From: Nageia nagi
Lineage: Eukaryota; Plantae; Pinophyta
Assembly: GCA_050084985.1 (NCBI GenBank)
Contig: JBITNC010000001.1
Coordinates: 106,330,001 to 106,394,000 of the forward strand
Length of the DNA: 64,000 nt
Reading direction: 5' to 3'
Positions within the stretch are counted from its first letter, which is position 1, and every line of letters starts with the position of its first letter. A program made the position numbers and the translations under genes. A model generated the notes under the pieces. The model saw only the letters and a program-made list of their open reading frames with translations, ran no database searches and was not told the origin of the DNA. Of the stretch, positions 1 to 12,239 are shown piece by piece.

Positions 1-2
1 CT

Positions 3-220
3 ATTGATATGCTTCAAAAATCTACACCCATCATTACTTGCTTTGAGACCCATTGATTTTGATCAAAACTATGATGTCATCTCCCAAAATCATTGGGCTC
101 CATTGATGTTCTACAAAAGTCTTCACCTACCATTGCTTGCTCTAGGACCTACTTATTTTTATCAAAATTTGTGATGTCATCCTTCAAAATCCGTAAACAT
201 TGTTGATATTCTTCAAAAAT
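3..220. repeat. Degenerate ~100-bp tandem repeat, ~2.2 copies, probably retroelement non-coding region
   Basis: Units start at 3, 102 and 202 (attgat..ct.caaaa..ct.cacc); the two full units share tgatgtcatc...caaaatc. Confidence 0.55.
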
Positions 221-1549
221 AGAACTCTAAATATGTACAAGTTTTGAATATTTTTTCCAATAATTCCTAAAGACTCTAAGGCAAAAAATATGACTCTAGG
301 AACTTTTACATACATGACTTCTTGAGTATACTTGGAGAAGATGACATGATTCTTGAGGACTCTCAACCTTTGATCACTAAAGAATAAAAAAAATACAAAA
401 TTGACACAAGTCTTATTGACATAACTTTTGCGTGACTTGATTTATATGATCCTCATGTACTAAAGAATGAAAAAACTCTTAGGTAACTTTATTAACATAA
501 TTCTAAAGTAATAATAATAAAAAATGACTCCTGACACCCTAAGAAAAAGAAATAAAAAAAGGATGGATTTATGATGAAAGAATACAAAATTTTACAATTC
601 ATGAAGAATCTAAAAGAATAATGTGCCCCTAGGTACTCTTATATACATAGCTCCTGGGTAGTAAAAAAAATGAAATAATGAAAAATGAAAAATAATAGAA
701 TTACCTAAATTTTTTTAGTGTTATTTTGGAGGAATATAGTTAAAAATCATTGTAATATGTCCTAAGAGGGCTATAACATTTACAATGGTTTTAAACCATC
801 ATAATACACTTAAGAGGGTGGTTTAAAATCACCCCCTCAAAAAATTATGGGGACATTAAGTGAGTAAATAAAAATGAAGGGAGAGCGATCTTATCTCTCT
901 TGCAAATCATACTAATTCAGTTCCCTCTCAAATAATATCAATCTACCCATTGTACTTATTCATAGTAAAGAATACCTTCTTTAGATTCATCTTTCTATAG
1001 AACCTTCACTCCATTCTTACATAAGGTATATCCATCAGGGTGGGATTTCTCAACTAAATGTTAGGGAGTAATTATGTACATTTCAAATGATGATCAACAT
1101 ACCCATGGCCACTTTATCCTACAAAATTGCAAAGGATACATTTTGGTATAAGAATTACTCTCCCCCTTAACCCATCCATAAGTCTTTAAGTGAGGAATGT
1201 ACTCCCCATTTCGAAAGGATATACACCTCTTTTGAAGCTATTTTTTAAAACCCTTGAGAAATTTTGTACAATATTAATTGTAAAGTGATGGCCCAACAAA
1301 CATTAAGGTACATGTTGTTAATTTATCTATCTTCCATGAATATCCAATAAAAAAATGATTATTGTTATAGATTTCTATAATCCTGTATTGTTATGTGATT
1401 TGAAAGCAATAATCAAATACATTCACATATCCAATTCAAAATTTATGTGTATTTTGGAATTGAAGTTCAATAATGCATGTATAATTATTCATCCTATAAA
1501 TAATGTAATTAGATTTATTCATGTTGTAATAATTGAAATAATAATTTAT

Positions 1550-2272
1550 TAATGTTATTTAATATATTCAATTTAACTAAATAATGAAGAAATAGCACTA
1601 AATAACATTAAAATATGATAATGATCAAAGATGACCTAATTGACCTTGACCTATCAAATGGATTAACAAAAGATATAAATATGCACTTTACCTATCATGA
1701 TGAATGAGATTGATATTCATATCAAAGGGGATAAACAATGAGCTTCTCTATTTTATAGAGCCATCAATATGTCCTTAACCTAGGGGTTAGGATCCCAATG
1801 TTGTAGCTCAACTATTGTTTGAGATAACCTTGTAATCTCGCTTAGTATCATTAAAAAACCTTTGATGCTTAGAATATCACATGCAATTAGCTCATATGGA
1901 TCATAATATTGTAGAACTTAGAGTATAATAAAATGTATATATAATAGGTGGCATTAAGAAACACTAGTATATAATGATACAAGCATATTACCACCTATCA
2001 AGGATCCTAGATCATGTCCTAATTTTTGATGCACAACCCTTACACCTTTATAGATAGTAGGTCTAGTGCCAAGGTTCCTCCTTGGGGTTATGGTGCATGT
2101 GGGCCAAGAATCCTTCTTAGGATCATCTTTAGATTGAATTCTTATCATAAAACATAAAGGTACATGAGTGTGCACAATGAAAAGAGTATTAAATCACCTA
2201 AATAAATATATTATTACAAATACCTAAAAGATGTATTTTAATTAAATTAAAATTCCCTTTTAGGTGTTAATA
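1550..2272 (-). mobile_element. 3' LTR of old Tat/Ogre-like Gypsy E (left boundary uncertain)
   Basis: Minus strand reads PPT-like atggggcatc, then a decayed TG start (tattaacacctaaaa) at 2272. It lies downstream of the integrase C-terminus at 3234-3358. Confidence 0.45.
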
Positions 2273-2781
2273 GATGCCCCATTTGAATATGATTTGATAC
2301 TTTTGGGATTAAATAAAATCAAAACATAAATTCAAAGTATAACAATATAAGCAAGAAAATACTTCCTGAAAAATATCTTCATGATGGCATCTTTGGATGC
2401 CCTAATTTTAACCAATATTATGCCCCCTCTTTGGCTTAGTTGTGATATGATTTACCACTTAAACATAAGACTAACCTAAGATAAATATATATGAACTTTT
2501 AATCCATTTAAACAAGAAATATTTTCCATAATATATCTCAAATATAGACATTTAAACATCACATCACATGTATATCACGAAAGAACAAGATACCAAAACT
2601 ACCCTTATTAGCTTACCCACCAAGAATATGATAAGAGATTATCTCCAATTAAGGACTTGTTGCCTCAACTTAATCATGAGGGCTTATAAATTAACATCAT
2701 ATTATGGAAAATACCAAGAGTGTAGAAGAATGCGCATCACCACCTTCAAAATCCACCATGTTGCCATGGATTTTGATAAGA

Positions 2782-2935
2782 ATGCCCTTCCCTTATAGAG
2801 ATACCAATGATAAGAGTGCCCTCCCTTATAGAGAGACCAATGATAAGAGTGATATGATAATTATGATATGAAAAGCATGATATGAAAAACATTATATGAA
2901 AAGTTTGATATGATAAACATGATATGATATAAGAT
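2782..2935. repeat. Tandem repeats in the 3' non-coding region of E (33-bp x2, then atatg-rich short repeats)
   Basis: gccc(t)tcccttatagaga(t/g)accaatgataagagt twice, followed by atgatatga(a/t)a units. Confidence 0.7.
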
Positions 2936-3233
2936 ATCTATTTTCATTGGGACTATGTTTACCAATAATTATGTTGAATAAGCTTTTAAGTAATGAAAAA
3001 ATAATTATTACAAGATCTAAGATAATAATTTATGAAAGAGTAAGGAGTTACTCACATTACCTTCACTTACCCTTACAAACAAGTATAATTTATGAAAAAT
3101 AGTTAATTTCTACTTTAATAACATAGCAGCATTGCTCAGATACTAGCAACATCATTGGGATTTCTTACTTGATTACTTGCAAGTTTAATTAGGATAAATG
3201 CAAAAAATAAGTATAATAAATAAAAGATATTAT

Positions 3234-3358
3234 TTAAATGTATAATCATTTTAGATACATCATATTTATTATAGTTATTTTCTCTTTACCTTCAATGGTG
3301 GATAATTTATATGCCCCTTTTCCATAATTTGTAATAACAATATAAGGACCAATCCAGC
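3234..3358 (-). pseudogene. Gypsy (Tat/Ogre) integrase C-terminus of element E, left part
   Basis: Translates WIGPYIVITNYGKGAYKLSTIEGKE...INMMYLK (GPY/F module). It continues GKFESNW from 56415 onward. Confidence 0.85.
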
Positions 3359-3830
3359 TAAGAGTAATATTCAATTCTCATTATAAAAAATGAAATGGTT
3401 ACAAGTTTATATAGCTCATGGATTGAGCTCAACATAGACACAAGTGGTTGAAAATATAAGCTCAAGTACTATTATTACAAACTAATCTCTATCTATCTAA
3501 ACTCACACAATTAGACTTTCAATCCTATCTTGAACACTCCAAATATAGTATAATACATCCCTAGAAAGTCTAACAATAATCTAAAAATGAAACATGATCA
3601 CACTAAGCTAAAAATAAATAAATTATCTAAATTTAGTGTTGTAGTACAAATCAGTATATTATAAATTGGGTGGTAGATTGGTATACCATTTGTACCCTAT
3701 GAACCAGTTGGTTGGTTATGTTGTGTTGATCAATTGATCGATTGTGCTAGTCAAACCTGTCTTTTCTAATTGAAAATAGAGAGTTAAAGTTTTTGAAACA
3801 TCATCAATGGAATGGGTTTTAACTTCAACA
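3359..3830 (-). repeat. 3' LTR of Copia A
   Basis: Aligns along its length with 55956-56414, ends ...aacttcaaca and abuts the PPT (ttctccccctt). Confidence 0.9.
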
Positions 3831-3844
3831 TTCTCCCCCTTGAT

Positions 3845-4257
3845 ACTAAGGGGAATCACCAACAGACTCCTAAGCTTCAAAAATTGAGCTTTGGCAACTC
3901 CACTAGTGAAAATATAAGCAATATTGTGGAAGGTGTTACAATGCCTTAGCTCAATAATTTATTTTTCCACCATATCTCTTATGAAGTGATACTTCATATC
4001 AAAGTTTTTAAGTGACTTTGATGGATTTGATTTAGTACCAATTGAATGGCACTCTTATTTTCACAATACAATATAATGGGACCAATTTATTTTCCATTAA
4101 ATTCCTTTATAACTTTCTTAGCCATAAGGATTGAGTACTAGCATGTGTGAATGTTATATATTTTGCTTTAGTATATGAAAGAGCCATGTGGTTTATTTAT
4201 TTGAACTCCATGTCATAAATCTTGAGCCAAGTATAAAGCAATGTCCTAATGTATATT
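3845..4257 (-). pseudogene. Copia A RNase H remnant
   Basis: TLGHCFILGSRFMTWSS continues ...WGSNLDDRKS from 12240; Copia RNase H-like ...YHFIRDMVE further along. Confidence 0.85.
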
Positions 4258-4810
4258 TGAAATCTCCTACACCCAACATCACCTTGGAGTGATCCTCTAC
4301 TCCTTAGCACCAAGAAAAGAATGATATCAAATAATCACACACACAAATGACACCTTTATGTATAGTGGTTCCTCTCCACCAAGAGATTACTACACTTTGA
4401 ATCAAATTCTATTACTCCTCAAGAGAAAGACCCTATTACAACAATCTTTCACCTCTCTCCTAACAACCCTAGAGCATAACAACACTTCAAACTTGAATGA
4501 GTGATCTCAAGGGGAGGAGCTTCTATTTATAAGCCAAAATCCTCCCTTGAATCACTCTTTTAACCAAAGTACAAACTCATGTCATGCACCTCCTTTACCC
4601 AAGGGGCATGCCCATGAGATGGAGTGAAGGACAAGCTACATAAGGACTAATATTGATTATTTAATTCACTAATTACTTAAAAGGTATTTTAAGAATACTT
4701 GTAAGTAAATCATTGGGTTAAATAATCAATCACATATAGAAAAGGTGTATTATTATTTGGATACATTTCTAAATAATAATACTTACAATAGTGCATTATT
4801 AATTCTAACA
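4258..4810 (-). repeat. 3' LTR of Copia B
   Basis: Direct repeat of 11689-12239. Confidence 0.95.
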
Positions 4811-5559
4811 CTTCCCCTTGATGCAATATTGGGTTAGAAAGAATAAGAGATAGAAAGAGTGTATAAGAGAGTTCTCCTCCTACGAAATATAATTAGAGAT
4901 AAGAGCTTGACATATTGAGAAGTAATACAATCTAGTCAAGGCTCATACATAACCATTTTATAAAATGGTTTACAATACATAAAAATCATCAACCATAATG
5001 GTTTCAAGTAGTAGACATGATGAGCCTCCATGAGCATGTATACCTAAAGTAACCTGTAATATTTAAAATAACCTACAAGCTATAAGTAGCTCATGAATAA
5101 GATTAGATAGATACATCATATATACATTCATATCAGCATACAATAAATAAATCAAATAATGCCATTCATATACTGATCACATGGTGCACTATAAGTCATC
5201 ACAAAGATGCCAAGAAAACTTATAATCACCTTTTGTATAAAAAATATGTGTTAATGATCATCAAATCATATGATATAAATATGCATGTACTAGTTCCTCT
5301 CAAATGGATAACTAAATAGTGCCCATAATAATCCATAATATGCATAAAATGTACAAACATGTTCATAATACATGGAGAACAAAATAAAAGGTACACACCA
5401 TGATGAATCAAAGTGCACAAACAAGCTCCTCACACATGGAGGACTAACCACAAAGGTGTGCACACAAGATCAACACTATACAACTAAAAACTCCTCTTAG
5501 GTGTGAAAGTGACATCATAAACAAGAATTCATACTTCACTCCCCTTTTAGGGTAACTTC

Positions 5560-8500
5560 ACCAACCCAATAGACCCCCTAAGCTTATAGATTTGGACCTT
5601 TGGAGAGAGTTTTGGTGAACAAATCAGTGGACTTCAAGTTTAATGGATAATACTAAAGCTATAGAGTCCAATACAAAACTTTATCCCTAATAAAATGAGC
5701 TTGTATTTCTATATATTTTGTTCTCTAATGGTAAATAGGATTCTTGGCTAAAGTAATGGTTAACTGGTTATCTAAAGAAATTTGTGTATGACCAAATTGT
5801 TCAAACCCAATTTCCTTCAAAATATTCCTCAACCATATAGCATCCTAGGTCGTAACATTCATAGCTTGATATTCTACCTTTGTAGTGGAAAGAGTGATGG
5901 TAGGCTACTTCTTGGAATACCAAGAAATAGCACTAGAACTAATACTAAACACATCAAATGAAGTAGATTTTTTTTCATCTCTATCACCTCCATAGTTTGA
6001 ATCTAAGAATCATGTAAGAACAAACAAAGGTGACTTGCTATATTTTAATGCAAAATTCTTAGTGCCTGCAATATACCTCAAGATCTTCTTAGCTACTGTG
6101 AAATGCTCAACATAAGGCTTCTACATAAACCTTGCCATCAAATTAAGTGTAAAAGAGATATCTAGTCGAGATATAGTTAAATAAAGGATATTTCCTATAA
6201 GTTGTAGCATCTGCCATTTGAGAGTTAGAGCCAACTTATAACTTGATTCCAAAAGATTCAAGAATATCCAAAGGCTTGCATTCTTCCATTCTAAACTTTT
6301 GTATAATATTAGAGATGTATTTAGATTGATTAAGGTAGGTACAATCCTTATATTGATACACTTAGATACCAAGATAGTAATGCAAGAGACTAAGATCTTT
6401 CATCTCATATTCAAATTTAAGCTTGGAGATACACTCATTAATGATACTCATATTATTTCCTATAATCAAAACATCATCAACATAAATAAGGATTAACATC
6501 AAGTCTTTACCTTCATTGAGCACATAAATATATGAATTTGTGTAGCATTTGGAGAACCCAATAGCTTGAAAGTACCCTGAAATATTTTCATAACAAGCTC
6601 TTAGTTCTTGTTTAATTCCATACAAGGACTTCTTCAACTTGCACACATGGGATTCTTTTCCAAGAATAAAAAATCCCTCAAACTGATTCATATAGATCTC
6701 AACATCCAAATCATCATTGAGAAAGGCACTTTTCACATCAAGTTGGAATATCTTCCAACCTTGGGAAATTGAAAGGGTAAGGATAAGTCTAACTATAGAC
6801 ATATTAGCAATTGGAGGAAAGGTTTCCTCATATTCAACACCATATTTTTAAGCAAGACCTTTGGCCACCAACCTTGCCTCATATTTTTCAATTGTATCTT
6901 CGAATTGAACTTGAATTTGTAGATCCATTTATTTTCAATCACATTTCTTATGTTTGGAATGGAACCAAGTCCCAAGTTTCATTTTTTATAATATCTTCAT
7001 ATTCAACCTTCATAGAATCCATCCAAAAAGAAAGTTTAGAAGCCTCCTTATAGTTGGAAGGTTCATTATGACCTTCAATCTTGGAATCAAGATATTCAAT
7101 GTCATACTTCTAGTTATTCTTTGAGTTGGAAAATTTTTCTCTTTTAGAGACTTATATTAATTATGATCCAACCACATAGGTAATTCTGAAGGGTCTTCAA
7201 GAACTTCACTTGAAGAAGACTCAGCAAGATCTTCATTGAACTTCACATCTCTTGAAACAAATACTAGTTTTGCTAAAGGAGAGAAAAGCCTATACCCTCT
7301 ATGTTGACTATCATATCCCACAAAGGTACATTTCTTAGATTTATCATCTAACTTCTTCCTCTTTTTTGAAACTATGAAGGAGAAAGCTTCGTAACCAAAT
7401 ATCCTTAGATGAGAGATGTTAGGTTTCTCACTTGTCTATACCTCATAAAGATTGTTTCATTCAATTACTTTTGTGAGATACCTATTCAAGGTGTATATAG
7501 TGGTGTTTATAGCTTCTCCCCAAAGAAACTTAAAAAGATTCCCCAACATACATCTAACCATATCCAATATGGACCTACTCTTCCCTTCCACAACTCCATT
7601 TTTTTGTGAGATGTAAGGGATGGTGAATTATCATTTAATTCCATTCCTTACACAAAACTCATTTAACTCATTGCTAATGTATTCATCCCCATTATCCAAT
7701 CTTAGCATCTTGATCCTAAGGTTGGTTTGATTTTCAACAAAGGCCTTGAATTCTTTGAACATATTAAATGGTTGATCTTTTTGTTCAAATAGGTATCAAA
7801 AGGTCATCCTACTTAAGTCATCTATGAAGGTGAGAACATAGGAAGCTTCTTTAAGAGATTTAACTTAAAATGAGTCCATCATGTTTGAATGAATTAGTTG
7901 GAGAATTTAAGGAGCCATTATTGCCTTATGCTTCTCAAACTTTTGCCTTTTCATCTTCCCAAGATGCACCTATCACAAAGGCCAATGGTAGGAGTGATTG
8001 TAGGTAAACCTCCAACAAGATTTGACTCTTCATGAGTTGAATATTTTTTTATTGATGTGGCCTAACCTTTGATGCCAAATATTACCTTTAGAATAAACAC
8101 TTGTGGCTAAGCACATTTTTGAAGGCTCTTAGTCAACTATGTAGAGATCATTTTTATGGAGCCTTTTACCAAAGTTGTCAAACCCTTCTTTATACTCCAA
8201 GAGTTGGAAGTAAACTCAAAGAAATATCCTTTTCTTACCACTTGGATGACTAAAAAAATATTCATATTTAGTTGAGGCACATAAAGCACATTTTCAATTA
8301 CTTTACCATGAATCAAAGTGCTCACAATTCCATGGAATTCAAGCACGAAATTGTCACCAATCAAAACCCCATCCATTTTATGTTTGTGAAAATTTTAAAA
8401 CTTATCTTTTTCAAAACAAATATGGTTAGTGCATCTTGAATCTACTTTTCAATCATTTGAAGAAGAGTGAGACATGGAGTAAAGACCACAAACAAAAGCA

Positions 8501-9343
8501 CTTTTATTGTTTCTCTTTTATTTCTTTAATTTGACTTTCCCTTTTCCATTTTCCTCTTTCTTTTTCTTTAAGTAATGAGACTCCTTGTGGCCATAAATAC
8601 CACAATAGTTACAATTCCCATCAAACTTGACCTTACCATTGTTTGGTTTTCCATTTCCCTTATGATTCTTTTTGCCACCTTTCTTACCATTCTTATGTGC
8701 ATGAGAGTACCTCTTAGGATACTTCTTCTTGAATTGAGGCTTATTTACTCCCAAAGCAATTTTGTTATCCTTTGAAGTGGATCCTAGTAGTTTCTTGTTA
8801 ATAGTCTCTTCATGATTCAATAGGAGCTTTGAGATATTCTCCAAAGAGAAAGGTCCCTCTTCATCATCAAGCCTAGGCTCAATAATAGTCACAAAGTGAT
8901 TGAATTTGGATGAGAGGCTTTAAAGGAGGATGAATACCATAAACTCATCATTGATCCAATTACAATTGCAAGCCACAAGTTGGGTCCTAAGATCAATGAT
9001 TTTAGTCTAGAAGATTGCAAAACCTTTATCCTCGGATGGTGAACCTTCTTTAGAATTTTGACCCAAGATATATTTTCTTGATTCAATACCAAGCTTCTTT
9101 TATCGAAGTTGCATTTGAGATCATATGTAAGATCTCATCAAAAACAACACAAAAGATCATCGAGGTAGCCAACTCATTTTTGTAGTTGTAAATCTTAAGG
9201 GCTCTTGCTTCCATTGGAGTAACTTGATCTTCACTAACAGTTTGCCAAAGCTTATGATCTTGAAGCTCCTTCTTCATCCTAAGTTCCCAAATCCCAAAGT
9301 TGGAACCATTGAGGATATGCTTTGGTGCAAAAGATTCATTCAT
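5560..9343 (-). pseudogene. Copia B gag-pol with stops and frameshifts
   Basis: gag LNGSNFGIWELRMK (9083-9343); zinc knuckle CNYCGIYGHKESH (8518-8892); protease VLYVPQLNMN (8137-8376); integrase ~7250-7900; RT QLDVKSAFL, KSLYGIKQ, IYVDDVL (6362-6802); RNase H to ~5560. Confidence 0.95.
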
Positions 9344-9619
9344 TTTCTATATAATAAGATCAATTTAGATTAAGGAAACTTTACACTAGGAAGATAAAAT
9401 AAGTTACAAGTTGATCAATCAAGATGTTAAAGAAGAAATTACAAGATAATCAAGTTGTTAAATGAACCAAGTAACAAATCAAATTGCTCAATTAACCAAA
9501 GTAATTAATTATAATGAATTGAACCAATTTGTATAAAATTTTATCATTTTGCAATTGTAATAAACTTGTATAAAGTTGAGTAATTAATTTTATAGCAATA
9601 GTTTGTGTTAGACGTTATA

Positions 9620-9790
9620 GGTTAGCAACTTTAGCAACTTGTGATTAGTAATATTGCAAGTTAGTAACTTTGTAGGTTAGTAACATTGCAAGTTAGTAAC
9701 TTTGTAGGTTAGTAACATTGTAAGTTAGAACGTTTTAGGTTAGTAACTTTGTAGGTTAGTAACATTGCAAGTTAGTAGTTTGCAAGTGCA
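9620..9790. repeat. 16-bp minisatellite in the 5' leader of B
   Basis: Alternating gttagtaactttgtag and gttagtaacattgcaa units, ~10 copies. Confidence 0.85.
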
Positions 9791-10925
9791 TTAAAAGGAT
9801 AGTTGTAGGGTAGAATATCTAATCTATGATTGCAGGTTAGTGCACTTTACCTTAAGCTTGAGCATTTGTCCAATGTACAGAGTCACTAAGACAAAACAAC
9901 CACATAATAAGGGTTAGAAGTATCCTTAGTTTAGTGGTTAGTTTACATGACAATGCTTCTACAAGCTTTTCAACATACTTTAACATAAGAGTCAAACACA
10001 AACTATCTCAAGGAAAGTACAACTCTAGAGGATGGTACATCTCAATGGCCATCAACTCATTTGGTTGAGTTTTATAATAGTTTTGAAGAAATCTCATGGT
10101 ATGGTTAATTTGCTTAGCAATTAACGACCATTTCTTTGACATGATTTCTTCTTCTTTCTTATTTGCCTTCTTCCAAAGTCAAGCCTCCTTTTCTCGATTA
10201 CCTTCATCTTTGAAATGGGATGCCTTATTTTCCTATGCTTGGAAGACATTGTAAGGTAATCGTATTGTAAAACCAAAGTTAGAACAATTTTCTCAAAAAA
10301 AAATTAATATCACATTTAAGATAAAACTCCCCCCTTAATTTTTGAGAAAAAAATAACATTGATCAATTAACTCCTCCCTTTTTAAAAATTATACCTTAAA
10401 AAAATACACCTTTTCAAAAAATATAACTCCCCTTTTGTAAAAAAATAACTTTTGCAATTAATTAAAATCCCCCTTTAAAAAATTATGTAACATCTCCTTT
10501 TGTCAAAAATTACTTAATCTCAAATAAATGCAAATTATTTAATAAGTACTTCTAGAAAATAAGCTCCCAGTATTTTAAAAAAATTTCCCTTTCAAAAATT
10601 AATATAATAATTGAACTTCCAATTATTCTTAAGATAATTACAAGACTCTCATAATTATAAGTCTCTCATTAACTCATTTTCTTACAAAACACTTTTGTAT
10701 TAATTTCGCTTGTAATTATGAACTTAAAAAAAGCAAATTTCATAAAAAAAAAAAAGGAAACCTCTATAATAAATACTTGCACAACAATAAAACGTTAGTG
10801 CAAAAAATGAGAAGTACACAAAAAAATAGTTATTTGACATTTATATATATTAAAGAACTGGAGATAAACAAAAACAAAAGAACCTCAAGTTTTATTTTTT
10901 TGTTAAAATAGAGAAGGGGAAACAT

Positions 10926-10963
10926 GCCACCGCGGGCTGTTCAGCCGCAGGTCGGCCGTCGGC
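10926..10963 (-). promoter_or_regulatory. GC-rich, CpG-preserved island with two tandem GCCGAC (DRE/CRT-core-like) motifs in the leader of B
   Basis: gccaccgcgggctgttcagccgcaggtcggccgtcggc has 6 CpG in 31 bp; gtcggc at 10951-10956 and 10958-10963. Function is inferred only. Confidence 0.4.
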
Positions 10964-11688
10964 TTGATTTTTTTTTATATTTAAAAAAAATTCTTACAAA
11001 AAAAATAATAATATTTAAAAAAACAATTTAATAGTATGGCTATTTAAAAAAAAAAATACAATGCATACTATTTTATAGTAATGGGTTTGTAAAACAAATG
11101 CATATATAAATGTATAAATATTGTCAAAAAAATAAAATGCACATTGATATAATTAGTAAAGATTTCCAAAAAAAATAAAAAAAATTGCAAATTTATATTG
11201 CCATTCTAAACCAGCAATTTAAAAAACAATCCAACTTAAAAAAGTTAGATCTTAACATATGTTTTTTTAAAAATGTTGTAGGAAGCAAAACTTTTCATTA
11301 ATATTTGTGATAAACAAGTAGCAACATGTTATCACACAAAAAGAAAATTGTATAAATAAATTTTGCTCAAAAAACATTTATAACTAACAAGAACAATGTT
11401 AGTTTACATAGAAACATATTGTTTCAATAATTCTTACACAATGCTATTTTTCAATAACTATAAGCTTATTAGCAAAAAAAATGGAAAAATAGCCTATGTG
11501 TAAGAAAGAAAAAAAATGACTTGAAAGGAAGCTAATTTTACAAAAATATGTAAAATTAGCAATAAATATACAATATTAACCTTCAAAAATGAGAAGAAGG
11601 GTGAGAACAATTATACCTCACTATAATTTTACCTCACAAGCTTGAAGGAAAAGTAAAAAGAGACTCCAAAGAAGGCTATGGTACCAAT

Positions 11689-12239
11689 TGAAAGCTCCTA
11701 CACCCAAGATCACCTTGGAGTGATCCTCTACTCCTTAGCACCAAGAAAAGAATGCTCTCAATCACACACACAAATGACACCTTTAAGTATAGTGGTTCCT
11801 CTCCACCAAGAAAGTACTCCACTTTGAACCAAATTCTATTACTTATCAAGAGCAAGATCCTCTTACAACAATCCTTTCACCTCTTTCCTAACAACCCTAG
11901 AGCATAACAACACTTCAAACTTGAGTAAGTGATCTCAAGGGGAGGGGCTTCTATTTATAGGCCAAAATCCTTCCTTGGATCACTCTTTTAACCAAAGTAC
12001 AAACTCATGTCATTCACCTCCTTTTTCCCAAGGAGCATACCAATGAGATGGAATGAAAGACGATTTACATAAGGACTAAGATTGATTATTTAATTCACTA
12101 ATTACTTAAAAGGTATTTTAGGAATACTTTTAAGTAAGTTAGTGGGTTAAATAATCATTCACATATAGAGAAGGTTTATTATTCTTTGGATACATTTTTA
12201 AAGAATAATACTTACAATAGTTCATTATTAATTCTAACA
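11689..12239 (-). repeat. 5' LTR of Copia B
   Basis: Adjacent to a tRNA-iMet-like PBS (11674-11686). Confidence 0.95.

Larger units (their letters stand above)
4258..12239 (-). mobile_element. Copia LTR retrotransposon B, full-length but decayed, inserted in the RNase H of A
   Basis: LTRs 4258-4810 and 11689-12239 (TG...CA). PBS-like tggtaccatagcc at 11674-11686, PPT caaggggaag at 4811-4820, TSD atatt/agatt. Confidence 0.95.

Noticed and set aside
860-1550. Possible exon or transposase fragments (also 56885-57070 and 61209-62000)
   Set aside because: I could not identify any motif with confidence, so these were left unannotated.
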